Source of the DNA: a virus
Lineage: Duplodnaviria > Caudoviricetes
Length of the DNA stretch: 57,929 nucleotides
Virus record (IMG/VR): IMGVR_UViG_3300025009_000123
Location: 1-57,929 of that record
Reading direction: 5' to 3' (one strand)
Of this stretch, positions 15,935 through 26,463 are shown one piece after another. The notes beneath the pieces are model-generated. The model searched no databases and was not told where the DNA came from. It saw only the letters and a program-made list of their open reading frames with translations. Numbering within the stretch: the stretch's first letter is position 1; the number at the start of each line of letters is the position of its first letter. Position numbers and translations under genes: made by a program.

Positions 15935-16837
15935 ATGTTACCAGAAGAAACGAAAACAGACGACGCTAAAGGAACCCCTGAAACTGCTCCCATAGTGGAC
16001 GCGGACAGGGCCGGAATATCGTCTATTCCGGTTTCGTTGATGTCAAGTCCGGATGCAAGCGCAGCGATTGTATCAACAGTAGATCAATCACCAGTTAAGC
16101 CAGCAGCGGACGCAAAACCGGTCGGGGCGAACGACCCCGAACAAGGCGGAGACGATACCGAAAGGTACGATAAGATCCCCCGCTTTAAAGAAATTATCGG
16201 CGAACGAGACCAAGAGCGAGAGGCCAGGATAAGGGCGGAAGCGAAACTTGAAGCGCTTACGACTAAACCGGCCGTCCCTGCAGGCGAAGCCGAGAAGCCA
16301 TCCACCGAACTCCCGTTCAAGGACATTACTAAAATGTCGGCGGAAGAGTTAAGGGAATGGATGGAGGAAGATCCGGTTGGCTATGAGGCCAACAGGTTTG
16401 CTCAATTTCATTATGAGAGCAAACAACTCTTGGAGCAGGAAGCCATAAAAAAGGCAACCGTTGAGGGAATGGACAAAACTTTCAGCGATTATGAAAAGGC
16501 AAACCCGGATTTCAAAAAGATGTGGGATTCCGGAGAGCTGGAAACATACATGAAAGCTCACCCAGGCCACAACGCGATTTCTGCCCATAAAGAGCTGACG
16601 GAAGCGACAAGGGTAAAGGCGGCCGTAGATGATGCCGTCGCAAAGGCGATTAAAGAAACCGAAGCGAGGATAACTAAAAACTTCCAGGCAAAACGGAATG
16701 CCACGGTCTTAACCGATGGACCCGGTGTTGCTCCTGGGATCACTCCGGACGCTTCATTACAAAACACAAAACAATTCGGGGGTTTTACGCGGATTATGGC
16801 CAACAAGTTGAGCCAGATGCGCCAGAATCCGCAGTAA
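15935..16837 (+). CDS. Capsid scaffolding protein
   Basis: Acidic, coiled; IPRFKEII.ER motif; precedes the major capsid gene. Confidence 0.75.
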   Translation: MLPEETKTDDAKGTPETAPIVDADRAGISSIPVSLMSSPDASAAIVSTVDQSPVKPAADAKPVGANDPEQGGDDTERYDKIPRFKEIIGERDQEREARIRAEAKLEALTTKPAVPAGEAEKPSTELPFKDITKMSAEELREWMEEDPVGYEANRFAQFHYESKQLLEQEAIKKATVEGMDKTFSDYEKANPDFKKMWDSGELETYMKAHPGHNAISAHKELTEATRVKAAVDDAVAKAIKETEARITKNFQAKRNATVLTDGPGVAPGITPDASLQNTKQFGGFTRIMANKLSQMRQNPQ

Positions 16838-16870
16838 CGGCCTCCATGATTCCAAAAAGGAGATCTTGAA

Positions 16871-17845
16871 ATGGCACTTACTTATACAGAAATGGAAGCA
16901 ATAACCGCTGATTACTTTATTGCTGACAACCGGAAAGCGATCGACATTTATTTTAACGACAGTTTTTTCATGGATCTGTTCATGAACAACAAAAAAGGTC
17001 TATGGGAAAGACCGAACGGCGGGAAGAAGATCCGCGTAAACCTGTCTTACGACGGGCAGGAAGGCGGGTTCTATTCAAAGGCATCAACCCTTTCTTCCGA
17101 CGACAAAGAATCTCTCAACTCCGCGTTTTTTCAATGGAAGCATGTTTACGGCAATGCAACCGTTCACAGGCTTGATGAACTGGAAAACGCCGGGGCCTAT
17201 GCCGAGGTTCAGTTGGTTCAGGCGAAACTCGAAGGAGCACAGAAAACCGCCAGGAAGAAAATCGCACAGCAGATTTACTCGGCCGCTGGTGACGGCGCCC
17301 TCGAAATTACCGGCTTGAGGTCCCTCTGTTATGGGGCAGCGGCCACCGCATACGGCGGAATAGCCGAGAACGACCTTGTTGCTGCAGACGGGACAAAGCC
17401 CTGGTCGGCAGAAAACACAACCACGGTCGAGGCGATAGCCCTTTCGGTTATCCGGACCCTGCGATCCGGCGCAAAGATCAGCGACGGCCCCGGGGGAAAA
17501 CCCGATATCGGCCTCACAACCGAGGCGCTGTTCAATATCGTTTCCGGAATTTTACAGGTCCAGCAGAGATTCACCAAGGACACATCGGTAAAAGCCGGAT
17601 TCACGCACCTTGTATTCGAGGAAATGCTGATCGCTGCAGACGATTATTGCCCGTCAGGATATCTCTTTGTCCTGAATAGCCAGTACATTGGTTGGGCTAT
17701 CCACGAACAGGGATATTTTGCAAGAACACCCTGGGGGGATCTGCTTCCTTCCGGTACACCGGCAAAAACGCTCAAGATCTTTTTCGATGGGAACCTGATC
17801 TGCTCAAACAGAAAGGCTCACAAGTCCCATAGCAATTTGAGCTAA
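16871..17845 (+). CDS. Major capsid protein (HK97 fold)
   Basis: 324 aa; GGKKIRV, FQWKH, GLRSL, GNLICSNR motifs; position; followed by a hairpin. Confidence 0.85.
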   Translation: MALTYTEMEAITADYFIADNRKAIDIYFNDSFFMDLFMNNKKGLWERPNGGKKIRVNLSYDGQEGGFYSKASTLSSDDKESLNSAFFQWKHVYGNATVHRLDELENAGAYAEVQLVQAKLEGAQKTARKKIAQQIYSAAGDGALEITGLRSLCYGAAATAYGGIAENDLVAADGTKPWSAENTTTVEAIALSVIRTLRSGAKISDGPGGKPDIGLTTEALFNIVSGILQVQQRFTKDTSVKAGFTHLVFEEMLIAADDYCPSGYLFVLNSQYIGWAIHEQGYFARTPWGDLLPSGTPAKTLKIFFDGNLICSNRKAHKSHSNLS

Positions 17846-17875
17846 ACGGTTTTCGTTTTTAATTTTATACACTTA

Positions 17876-17898
17876 TAGCCGGGGCAACTCCCTGGCTA
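17876..17898 (+). terminator. Hairpin after the major capsid gene
   Basis: tagccggg-gcaact-ccctggcta; no clear U-tract, so it may be a stabilising stem. Confidence 0.45.
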
Positions 17899-17923
17899 AA
17901 CCTTAACATAGGAGAAAAAGACA

Positions 17924-18649
17924 ATGGCTAATCCTTTTAAAACACAGGGCTGGAATCAGGGCCTTTACGAACAATCAGCAACCAAGAAGGAAACTCTTGG
18001 GGCGTTGAGATTTACAGCAGACGGCAGATCTTTCCGGTACGCAAGAGCGAGCGGAGCACTGGCCGCAGGCAAAGCCTGTATTATGGCCCCTGCGATTGCA
18101 AACCATATCAAACAGGCGAATACAGGCTACACGATGTCGGTCGGCGATATGTCGGTCAATGTCCTTATCGGAGCAACAGCCCTCACAGCAAATCAGTATG
18201 ACGACGGATATTTGCAGATATACGACGGCGCTGCTGGCGCGGTCGGCCAGCAGATGATGATCTCGTCTCACGGAGTAAGCGCTGCCGGGTCTGAAGCTGT
18301 ATCTCTGAATCTTGCGGAACCTGTCAGGGCGGCGGTTATAGCGACGGATTCTTTCGCGCTTATTCCGAACCCGTGGAGCGTGGTTTCCAACACAACGGCG
18401 CTTGCAAACGGCTTCGCCGGTATAGCTGTGATTGCCGTAACAACCCTGTATTATTGCTGGCTTCAAACTGGCGGCGTCGGTTGCGTGCTTAACCAGGCCA
18501 ACACTGCTCTGGGATCTAACATCAACCTGTCAGCAACAGCAGGAGCGCTTGAAACATCGGCCGGCTATACCTCGCCGTTCATCGGTAACACGATAGGCTT
18601 TGCGAACGTGTCGGCAAAATACAACCCGATATTCCTGGGTCGTTATTAA
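17924..18649 (+). CDS. Capsid cement/decoration protein
   Basis: LG...TADGRSFRYA and YYCWLQTGG motifs; follows the major capsid gene. Confidence 0.65.
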   Translation: MANPFKTQGWNQGLYEQSATKKETLGALRFTADGRSFRYARASGALAAGKACIMAPAIANHIKQANTGYTMSVGDMSVNVLIGATALTANQYDDGYLQIYDGAAGAVGQQMMISSHGVSAAGSEAVSLNLAEPVRAAVIATDSFALIPNPWSVVSNTTALANGFAGIAVIAVTTLYYCWLQTGGVGCVLNQANTALGSNINLSATAGALETSAGYTSPFIGNTIGFANVSAKYNPIFLGRY

Positions 18650-18668
18650 CCAACAGTCAACACATAAA

Positions 18669-18690
18669 GGGCAGGGGGAAACCCCTGCCT
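18669..18690 (+). terminator. GC-rich hairpin
   Basis: gggcagggg-gaaa-cccctgcct with a GNRA loop. Confidence 0.5.
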
Positions 18691-18709
18691 ACCTACGGAG
18701 GATATAAAA

Positions 18710-18973
18710 ATGGCTTTTTCAGCAACTAAAACAGGCGAAACCGTATTCGGTGACAAGCGAGCTACCTATGGCACCTGGGACGGTGACGGCGAGACGACCG
18801 GGAATATCAATACCGGGCTTCATCATTGTGAACATATTTCGCTGACCGCAGCGGGCGGCGCAATCGTTGCAGACGCCCCGACCGTTGACGAAACCCTTCC
18901 ATGCGACGGATCGGCGGTAACGATCATAGTTACATCGGATACCGACGGCTATTGGATGGCCTTTGGCGCATAA
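18710..18973 (+). CDS. Small virion structural protein
   Basis: VFGDKR...INTGL...GYWMAFG beta-rich pattern; RBS present. Confidence 0.6.
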   Translation: MAFSATKTGETVFGDKRATYGTWDGDGETTGNINTGLHHCEHISLTAAGGAIVADAPTVDETLPCDGSAVTIIVTSDTDGYWMAFGA

Positions 18974-19006
18974 CCATAACGCATAACTAAAAAAAGGCGG
19001 TGTAAG

Positions 19007-20512
19007 ATGGCGCTTACAGTAAACTCTAAAACTTTCTCCGTCGTAGGGGACAAGGCCCTTGTTATTGCGGATATCGCGCTCGACAGCTCCTACCCTTTCG
19101 GCGGGGAAAGTGTAAATACAGATCAGCTTTTCGGGATTCATGCGGTCGAGGCGGTTATTTTAGAAGCCGCTAAGGGCTATTCTTTGCAGTACGATTATAC
19201 AAATAACAAAATCAAGGTCTTTGCTCCCGCGCCCCCGATTGTTTACGAGGAAAAGATCACACCAGCAAGTGATGTTGCGACGTTGAGGTACCCGGCGGCG
19301 TTCATTATGAATATCGCGCGGTCGGAAAACAACAAGAAATTCAGATCTACAGGAATAGCTATCGCGTCTCTCTCCGATGATGAATGTTGCCTTGTCTCGC
19401 AGATGGAAGAAGGCGCCAGGACGCAGATCCGGGTCAAGGACTATGATAGATTGGTCGGGGATGGAGCGTTTACCGGCGGAACAACAAACTGGACGTTTAA
19501 TGCAACGCCCTGGACCTACGGCACAAACAACCTCGAAAAAGACGCTGGCGGAGTAAATGCGCTTACGCACGATAACTTTGCGGCTGTTATTGGGAGAACG
19601 TACAGATTAAGCCTCTCTCTGGCCAAACAGGGCGCAGAGGCAGAGGTTATCGGAACCATCACTCCGACACTCGGAGGCACCGCTGGGGCAGCGACAACGG
19701 CAGACACGACAGGCACATATACCTGGGAGATCGTCGCCACGACGACAGACGGCCTTTCGCTGGTACCTTCCGATACAGGGCGTTTCGTTATCGACGACAT
19801 CAAGATCTATGACATCACAGAGCCGGTTTATGTAACTTATGTTACCCAGGCATGGAAAGAAGTATGGGAAAACCTGGTGCAGGATGAATCGGTCACTCTT
19901 GCAAGCGGAGCAACCTCTTCTCTTGCTAATGCGGCCGTTGCCGTTATGTATGCGGATAGGACCTCGGCGACAGCAAAAACCCTAACGATTATCGATGAAG
20001 ACGATACCGCTGCTTCCGGAGAAGTGGCAATTTACATGAACCAGACATTAACCAACATCAAGGCCACTCATGCCGACGAAAACGCAAAGGTCGCGAAATT
20101 CACCTATATCAAAAAGCCCGCATCCGGTTTTCTGGCTGACAGGGTGTTCGATAATGAGGCAGCAACAAAGGCTGGCGGAGATCCTTACACGAATACATTC
20201 GATTATCCCATTCTAATATGGGGTTATACCGGACAATTACCGGTCAATGGCGGAACAACTCAGGTTCTAATCAATTACGCGGGTACTCCGGCTGCAGGCG
20301 AAGCGGTTATTGATTGGTACAACCCCGGAACAAGAGGCGCGGCAGCCCCGGCAGCAGGAACGGTAATCGGTCTTAAATCAGACCTTACCGGAACAGGGGC
20401 GGGAATATGGGGGGTTGTGTCAGATATTCAGAATCTTCAACCGCTAGAGGTCGCGGACGGCATAGATCTTTCAGGACTCTCTTCGGTCCGCATGATATTG
20501 ATTGGCACATAA
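19007..20512 (+). CDS. Head decoration protein with a large internal insertion
   Basis: N-terminal DSSYPFGGE..GY..YD..NKIKVF and C-terminal EVADGIDLS..VRMILIG flank about 400 extra residues. Confidence 0.6.
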   Translation: MALTVNSKTFSVVGDKALVIADIALDSSYPFGGESVNTDQLFGIHAVEAVILEAAKGYSLQYDYTNNKIKVFAPAPPIVYEEKITPASDVATLRYPAAFIMNIARSENNKKFRSTGIAIASLSDDECCLVSQMEEGARTQIRVKDYDRLVGDGAFTGGTTNWTFNATPWTYGTNNLEKDAGGVNALTHDNFAAVIGRTYRLSLSLAKQGAEAEVIGTITPTLGGTAGAATTADTTGTYTWEIVATTTDGLSLVPSDTGRFVIDDIKIYDITEPVYVTYVTQAWKEVWENLVQDESVTLASGATSSLANAAVAVMYADRTSATAKTLTIIDEDDTAASGEVAIYMNQTLTNIKATHADENAKVAKFTYIKKPASGFLADRVFDNEAATKAGGDPYTNTFDYPILIWGYTGQLPVNGGTTQVLINYAGTPAAGEAVIDWYNPGTRGAAAPAAGTVIGLKSDLTGTGAGIWGVVSDIQNLQPLEVADGIDLSGLSSVRMILIGT

Positions 20513-20527
20513 GGAGGTAATATTGCC

Positions 20528-20872
20528 ATGACTCAAATCAGAAAAACAGAATCAATATATAATATCGACAGGGCAACCGGCGCGGCGGCGATCGCCAAGA
20601 CAATAGCCCCTGGGCGTCCCTGGGAGCTTGAAAGTATCCGTGTCCATCTTTCCGCCGCTGGTGGAGCTGGCGATTTGACGGCCATAATCGATAGCGGCGT
20701 CGGTGCTGCTTATGACCATAACTTGCTCACGCAAGACATGACGGCCGTAACCGATCTTACATGGAGCCCGGATACTCCGATGCTGTTTTCGGCGGATGAT
20801 GAACTTGATATCGCCTGGGCTAATGCCGGGACCAAGACCTATGGACTTGAAATAGTCTATAAAACTTTTTAG
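20528..20872 (+). CDS. Small virion structural protein
   Basis: AAGGAGG RBS; beta-rich. Confidence 0.55.
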   Translation: MTQIRKTESIYNIDRATGAAAIAKTIAPGRPWELESIRVHLSAAGGAGDLTAIIDSGVGAAYDHNLLTQDMTAVTDLTWSPDTPMLFSADDELDIAWANAGTKTYGLEIVYKTF

Positions 20873-20885
20873 GGGAAAACGACCT

Positions 20886-22379
20886 ATGAAAAAGACATTC
20901 ATTATTGTTTTAATTGGGCTGGCTTGCCTTATAATGGCTCCTTCCGCAAACAGCGAGACCATAATTAATGGGGTCAAGGAGGGCGTTTCCGGCTCCGTCT
21001 CCGAATCCGACATCTCTACCATAAACCACGCTGCAACCGAGAAAGCCAACTTGGTCGATGCAGACGAAGTAACCGGGCAGGATTCAGCGGATTCCTTTAA
21101 TCTGATTCGCACTACCTGGACTTCAGTTAAAGCATTTTTGAAAACTTATTTTGATGGCCTTTATGCAACCACCGCCGATGAGACTTTTACAGGCACACAC
21201 ACCTTGCCGGCTATGGCTTTCACGCCGTTAACCGCGGCTCCCGGCTCTCCCGTAGCCGGTACTTGGTACTATGCCGATAATGACACTTGGGACCCGATTA
21301 CCTATGCTGGAACGGCTAACTATTGGGTAATATATGACGGGGCAAGCTACATCGGAATTATAGATGAGGATGGAGTGTGGTTAATAAGTTCGCTGAGTTT
21401 AGGCGGCATCGTCCTTGGTGACACGACCCCTGATGCGATAGGCGAGTTAGGGTATGCTTCCGGCAAGTTCCTGTTCTTTGGCGCTAACTCTGAAGACCTG
21501 TATCTTGAGGTTGGAAGTGCTGCGAATACCGTTGCGGTTGGGTCGAATACGGGCATTGACACCATTGACCTTGGCGCAATCAATCTCCTTACCTCTGGCA
21601 CGATAGGAAGCAAATTCCCAACAGTAGCTGGCGGTGCAGCGGATTTAAGCCTTTCGGTCGCGCAAGTATCAGGGACAAATATATCCAATACGGGGCAGGG
21701 GGTTAATAATAGAAACCACACCCTCCCAGTGGCTGAAGCAGGGCTGGTTTTCATAGGTTCTGTAGGTGAGGCTCAAGGAGCAAGCTATTATAGATTCACA
21801 GCAAATACGACTCCCACGCCTGATGACTTTATGTGTCTTAATGGTACATGCGGAAAGACCTATGTGTCAATCGCTGCCCCTACTCAGGGCGCTCAGGTAA
21901 TGTGTCGAACCGAACAAATTGCATCCACTGGCATTAAAACAGGGGCTGCTCTGGCAATCGGAACGACAAATACGGCAGTTGCAAATGGAGCTTTCACCTT
22001 TGACATCGGCGGTACTGGATACGCAAAGGCCGCAACAGCAGCCGGAACCGCGCCCGGTAATGATGTAATTCCACAAAGCTCTTTTGGGGCGGTCGCTTTC
22101 GATATAGGAGCGGACGGCACAATAGATGCAATCGAAGCTACGGATAACGCAACGGGATACGCCTCTGCTGTTCTTGCGGTTGCTGGTCTTCCTGCGGTTG
22201 CCGCTGCTCACACAAGGATGGGCAATGTGACAGCTTCAAAATCTGACGGAACTTTCACTTTCGGGACTACCGCTCTTGACGCTGCCAGCACAACGGTTGC
22301 ATATACAAGTTCTACGGCTTACACAAAACCATACAATTGGATGTGTAATAGCAGCGTGGGAACATGGGTGACTGATTAA
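20886..22379 (+). CDS. Fibre-like protein with an N-terminal signal peptide
   Basis: MKKTFIIVLIGLACLIMAPSANS leader; HAATEKA.LVDADE..DSA..VKAFLKTYFD.LY fibre-like motif; Gly/Ala/Thr-rich. Confidence 0.6.
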   Translation: MKKTFIIVLIGLACLIMAPSANSETIINGVKEGVSGSVSESDISTINHAATEKANLVDADEVTGQDSADSFNLIRTTWTSVKAFLKTYFDGLYATTADETFTGTHTLPAMAFTPLTAAPGSPVAGTWYYADNDTWDPITYAGTANYWVIYDGASYIGIIDEDGVWLISSLSLGGIVLGDTTPDAIGELGYASGKFLFFGANSEDLYLEVGSAANTVAVGSNTGIDTIDLGAINLLTSGTIGSKFPTVAGGAADLSLSVAQVSGTNISNTGQGVNNRNHTLPVAEAGLVFIGSVGEAQGASYYRFTANTTPTPDDFMCLNGTCGKTYVSIAAPTQGAQVMCRTEQIASTGIKTGAALAIGTTNTAVANGAFTFDIGGTGYAKAATAAGTAPGNDVIPQSSFGAVAFDIGADGTIDAIEATDNATGYASAVLAVAGLPAVAAAHTRMGNVTASKSDGTFTFGTTALDAASTTVAYTSSTAYTKPYNWMCNSSVGTWVTD

Positions 22380-22393
22380 TGGGAGGCTACACC

Positions 22394-23014
22394 ATGAAGA
22401 AACTTTATAAACTTAGTATCATATTATTGATTCTCTTATTCCCTGCCTTCGCCTTTGCTGGCGGGGGAGCTACTACGATGATGATGGGGACGAGTGGGGC
22501 GGCGGTGGCCACTTGTGGTGATTTGGCAACTGCAAGAACGGATGGCGATATTTCACAGGCTATAAGTGATGGCACAACAGGTATGGTGTCGTCTGCTATT
22601 ACAGCCACAGCTTCGGGAACAGCTTTGACTGTATACGTAAAGATATCTGATGTTGGAACTCCTCCGGGATATTTGTACGCCTATCTATGCCCTTCTGATG
22701 GCAGTAACCCGGCATCTGGAACTGCCCTTGATGCCTGTGTGCAGTCAACGACTACAAATATCGGGCCTCCGGGAGCGTCATCCGTAGATGTTAAGTATAA
22801 ATTTGCTGGGTATTCAATTACAAACACAAGCGTTTACCATATTGTTTTGAATCCCTCTGTGGCTGGGGATGCAAGCAATTATTATAGATGGCTCTGCAAT
22901 CGAACAGCAACCAATACAGGTGGTATGGATCAAGATGCCGATGGAACTCCGGCATGGACAAGCATTGATACATCCGCCCAATGTAATTTTAGGGTAACTT
23001 CCTGCGATGAATAA
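22394..23014 (+). CDS. Secreted-type Cys-containing beta protein
   Basis: MKKLYKLSIILLILLFPAFAFA signal peptide; 6 Cys. Confidence 0.6.
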   Translation: MKKLYKLSIILLILLFPAFAFAGGGATTMMMGTSGAAVATCGDLATARTDGDISQAISDGTTGMVSSAITATASGTALTVYVKISDVGTPPGYLYAYLCPSDGSNPASGTALDACVQSTTTNIGPPGASSVDVKYKFAGYSITNTSVYHIVLNPSVAGDASNYYRWLCNRTATNTGGMDQDADGTPAWTSIDTSAQCNFRVTSCDE

Positions 23015-25253
23015 AACACTTATATCATTATTATTGATTATTCTTATGCCCCTTAGTGCGTATGCTGCCTGTACCGACTTGGGCGGGGGAGTCTGGCAAA
23101 CAGACGGCAATGAGGCCGCAGATGTGGCGGAGTGCATTGCGGCTGCAAGTACGGGGAACACCATTAATGTCATTGCTGGTGATGGTGCGACTGCGTGGGC
23201 TGCTCCCGTTTCGGTTACTAAAGCAGTTAAAATAATCGGCCCCGGCAAAACCAATCTAACAATTACATGGTCAGGCGCAAGTGCTTTTAATATCAACACC
23301 GTTGATGCTTGGCGGATAAGCGGATTTAAATTTTCAACAGCGTCATCTCAAACAGCTATTGTTATCAGCAATGGCTCTGGATGGAGGATTGACGCAAATG
23401 ATTACACAAACACACAGTCCAATTCAGGGCTTTTTGCTAATATTGATGTTACCGTATCTGGAGATAACGCATATGGGTTAATTGACAATAACACATTATA
23501 TAACGCAAGAATATTAATGTCGAATGCCAGTCTGTCCTCTGCTGGTATAAATTCACTTTGGGACGATGCCTTGGACTTAGGAACTGCCAATGCAGTGTAT
23601 ATTGAAAACAACACATTTGATGATGATGGTACTTTTACTAAAAACGATGTGGACAGCAACAGGGGTTCAAAATACGTTTATAGATATAATAACAACGCAA
23701 ATGGAATTATGGCTCACGGTCTTTTAACTGGATATAGAGCAAGCAAAACATGGGAAGTATATAACAACGCTTTCAACAGCAAATCAATAAAAACATGGCA
23801 GGCTATATATTTTAGAGGTGGAACTGGCGTAATATTTAGAAACGATTTTACTTCTGAGATTGATTTTAACGGGAGCATTGAATTTGATCTTGAACGTAAA
23901 ACAACCTGCCCTGATGATTATCCCGACTGTACAGACACAACAACTCGGAGAGGGGCATGTGACGGAGACCATGAATGGGATGGCAATACAGGGAGTGGTG
24001 ATACTGCTGGTTATCCTTGCAGAGACCAGATAGGCAGGGGTTTGGATTCATCAAATTGGGCAGATTATTCTACAAGGCCAGTTCCTTCTCAAGATTTAAC
24101 TCCTGCCTATATTTGGGGGAATATCAAGGACGCATCTGCTGTTACAAGCGTGTACGTCCCATCGGCAGGTGGCGATAATTTAATGATCGTAGCTAACCAA
24201 GATTATTATATTAACGGGGCTTCTTTTAACGGAACATCTGGTGTAGGCTCCGGGCTTTTTACCGCGAGACCAGCTACATGCACAACAGGGGTTGGCTATT
24301 GGGGAACTGACACCAACATACTTTATAAATGCACAGCTACGGACACATGGAGCACCTATTACCAGATGTACACCTGCCCTCATCCTCTTGCCGGAGCCGG
24401 AACCTGCTCCTCTGTTGCGGGAAGAGCAGGGTATGAAATTACCGAAGAAGCTGTTTTTTACGATTTGACCATAACTAAGGCGGGGGACGGTTCAGGTACG
24501 GTTACAAGCTCCCCATCTGGTATTAATTGCGGTGTAGGATGTTCTTATTCGTTTGCGTCTGGAACCGAAGTCACTTTAACCGCCACCCCTTCCGGTGATT
24601 ACAACACTTTTGATGGATGGTCTGGCGAAGGCTGTTCTGGAACCGGAACCTGCGTAGTTACGATGTCAGCGGCCAAAAACGTCACAGCTACATTCAGCCA
24701 AACCACTCCAGACCAATTTGCGGTGATTGTAAGTTATGCCGGAACGGGAGAGGGCACGACAAATCCGGCTTCAGGCTCACACGCCTATACGGTTGCGGCA
24801 GAAGTAACCATAACAGCCACAGAAGGGGCTAACGCTTCATTTACCGGATGGTCTGGAACCTGCGGTGCTACAGGAACAGGCAGTGCGGTCTTCAATATGC
24901 CAGCAAACGACTGCACAGCAATAGCGACTTTCGCAGATGACCCGAAATACACTTTAACCGTGACATACCCCGGAGATGGAATAACGGCTGATACCGATGT
25001 TGGCGGTATCCATTGCGGCGAGTACAATTTGGACTGCTCGGCTCAATACTATTCCGGCGCTACCGTAATTGTGACCTCAACATGCTCCACGGCTTCGGTG
25101 TTTTCGGGCGATTGCACAGGGGCGGACTGCTCACTTTCAATGACCGCAGATAAAAATGTGTCGTTAAGTTGCCTTGGGGCAAAATCCACCGCCCAAAATC
25201 AAGCCGGGGGAATGACTGCAATATACCAATCTGGAGGTATGACAGGACAATAA
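23007..25253 (+). CDS. Secreted-type beta-helix protein with InlB-B-like Ig repeats (adhesin/depolymerase-like)
   Basis: Signal peptide ending AYA; Asn-rich parallel beta-helix pattern; three LT(I/V)...G.G.V...C..FxGWSG.C repeats. Confidence 0.65.
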   Translation: MNKTLISLLLIILMPLSAYAACTDLGGGVWQTDGNEAADVAECIAAASTGNTINVIAGDGATAWAAPVSVTKAVKIIGPGKTNLTITWSGASAFNINTVDAWRISGFKFSTASSQTAIVISNGSGWRIDANDYTNTQSNSGLFANIDVTVSGDNAYGLIDNNTLYNARILMSNASLSSAGINSLWDDALDLGTANAVYIENNTFDDDGTFTKNDVDSNRGSKYVYRYNNNANGIMAHGLLTGYRASKTWEVYNNAFNSKSIKTWQAIYFRGGTGVIFRNDFTSEIDFNGSIEFDLERKTTCPDDYPDCTDTTTRRGACDGDHEWDGNTGSGDTAGYPCRDQIGRGLDSSNWADYSTRPVPSQDLTPAYIWGNIKDASAVTSVYVPSAGGDNLMIVANQDYYINGASFNGTSGVGSGLFTARPATCTTGVGYWGTDTNILYKCTATDTWSTYYQMYTCPHPLAGAGTCSSVAGRAGYEITEEAVFYDLTITKAGDGSGTVTSSPSGINCGVGCSYSFASGTEVTLTATPSGDYNTFDGWSGEGCSGTGTCVVTMSAAKNVTATFSQTTPDQFAVIVSYAGTGEGTTNPASGSHAYTVAAEVTITATEGANASFTGWSGTCGATGTGSAVFNMPANDCTAIATFADDPKYTLTVTYPGDGITADTDVGGIHCGEYNLDCSAQYYSGATVIVTSTCSTASVFSGDCTGADCSLSMTADKNVSLSCLGAKSTAQNQAGGMTAIYQSGGMTGQ

Positions 25254-25279
25254 CAATTAAAATTAGAGGATGCTGACTC

Positions 25280-25567
25280 ATGGAAAAACCTTGGAACAAA
25301 GAAGATCGGAGAATCAACAACAGGCTTCACGAAGACGATATTAAGCTGATTGTTTCAGGTGTTATCAAGTCCCTAGACGGTCACTATTGCAGGTTTCAAA
25401 ACATCAGAACCGAAGATATGGAGGCTGTTATTCCTTTCATGCTTTCTTTCAAGGGTATTACTGAAAAGACCGGGATGCTGATATGGAAATTAATTATCGG
25501 CACTTTCATTGTGGGTATTTTTAGTCTGATAGGGTTAGGGTTCTGGAATAGGGTGGGTGGGAGATGA
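25280..25567 (+). CDS. Holin-like membrane protein
   Basis: C-terminal transmembrane helix; coupled to the endolysin. Confidence 0.5.
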   Translation: MEKPWNKEDRRINNRLHEDDIKLIVSGVIKSLDGHYCRFQNIRTEDMEAVIPFMLSFKGITEKTGMLIWKLIIGTFIVGIFSLIGLGFWNRVGGR

Positions 25568-26013
25568 GGCTATCCTACGCAAAAGGCTTTATTCTGATAA
25601 TTGGTCTTGAAGGCAAGGACTCAGACGATCCACAAGACCCCGGTGGCTATACCCGCTTCGGAATTTGTCAGAAATATAACCCCGAAGTTGATGTCAAAAA
25701 TCTGACACTTGAGCAGGCAAAGGATATTTATTACCGGAAATATTGGGAGCCAGCCGGATGCAACGAAGCTCCTTATCCGATGGACATCTGTTTATTTGAT
25801 GGTGCTGTAAATCCGATGCGAGGCGGGAATAAGGAAATACTGAACCAGAACCCCGAAAACTGGCAGGAATTTCTCTTGCTTCGGGCTGTCAGGTACATGG
25901 AACATTCAAAAGATATTTACGTCAAAGGTCATGTGTTCAGGGTCTTGAGATTATTTAAATCCATTAACAGGGATATTCAGTCAATAGAGAAGTTAAAAGA
26001 AACAGGCTATTGA
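25564..26013 (+). CDS. Endolysin, glycoside hydrolase family 108
   Basis: EG..SDDPQDPGG.TRFGI, LT.EQAKDIY...YW, FDGAVN. Confidence 0.85.
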   Translation: MRLSYAKGFILIIGLEGKDSDDPQDPGGYTRFGICQKYNPEVDVKNLTLEQAKDIYYRKYWEPAGCNEAPYPMDICLFDGAVNPMRGGNKEILNQNPENWQEFLLLRAVRYMEHSKDIYVKGHVFRVLRLFKSINRDIQSIEKLKETGY

Positions 26014-26154
26014 TCATGTTGCCGACCCCGGCAAAGGCATAAAGGAGGTCACATGTTAAAGCTGATATTCCTCTTAATTGTAGTGTACGCTTTCTGTCTG
26101 TGCATGTGCAAAATTGCGAGCAAGAACAATTATGATTCCGATAGGGAGTGACCG

Positions 26155-26463
26155 ATGGATAACCTTCTCAAATGGTCAAACGATTGGTGGACTTATTTAA
26201 TCTCTGTCTATACGATTACCATAGGTCTTATCCTGAGTTTCCTCGTTACCGTCCTGAAATGTATTGCTGTATGGCATCCTGATGAACGGACAAATACCAT
26301 TACCGGATTGTTAAGGGGATGGATAGGTGGATTCCCCGGTGCTTCAAAATGGGACGGGCAGGAAGAAAGGCGCAAGGATATTGCAAGAGCCGAGATAGCC
26401 GTTGACCGGAAGGAAATCAAGATTGATAAACAGGAAATTAAGGAGAATGAGGATAAGATATGA
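26155..26463 (+). CDS. Holin-like membrane protein
   Basis: Hydrophobic N-terminal half, charged C-terminal tail; next to the endolysin. Confidence 0.5.
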   Translation: MDNLLKWSNDWWTYLISVYTITIGLILSFLVTVLKCIAVWHPDERTNTITGLLRGWIGGFPGASKWDGQEERRKDIARAEIAVDRKEIKIDKQEIKENEDKI

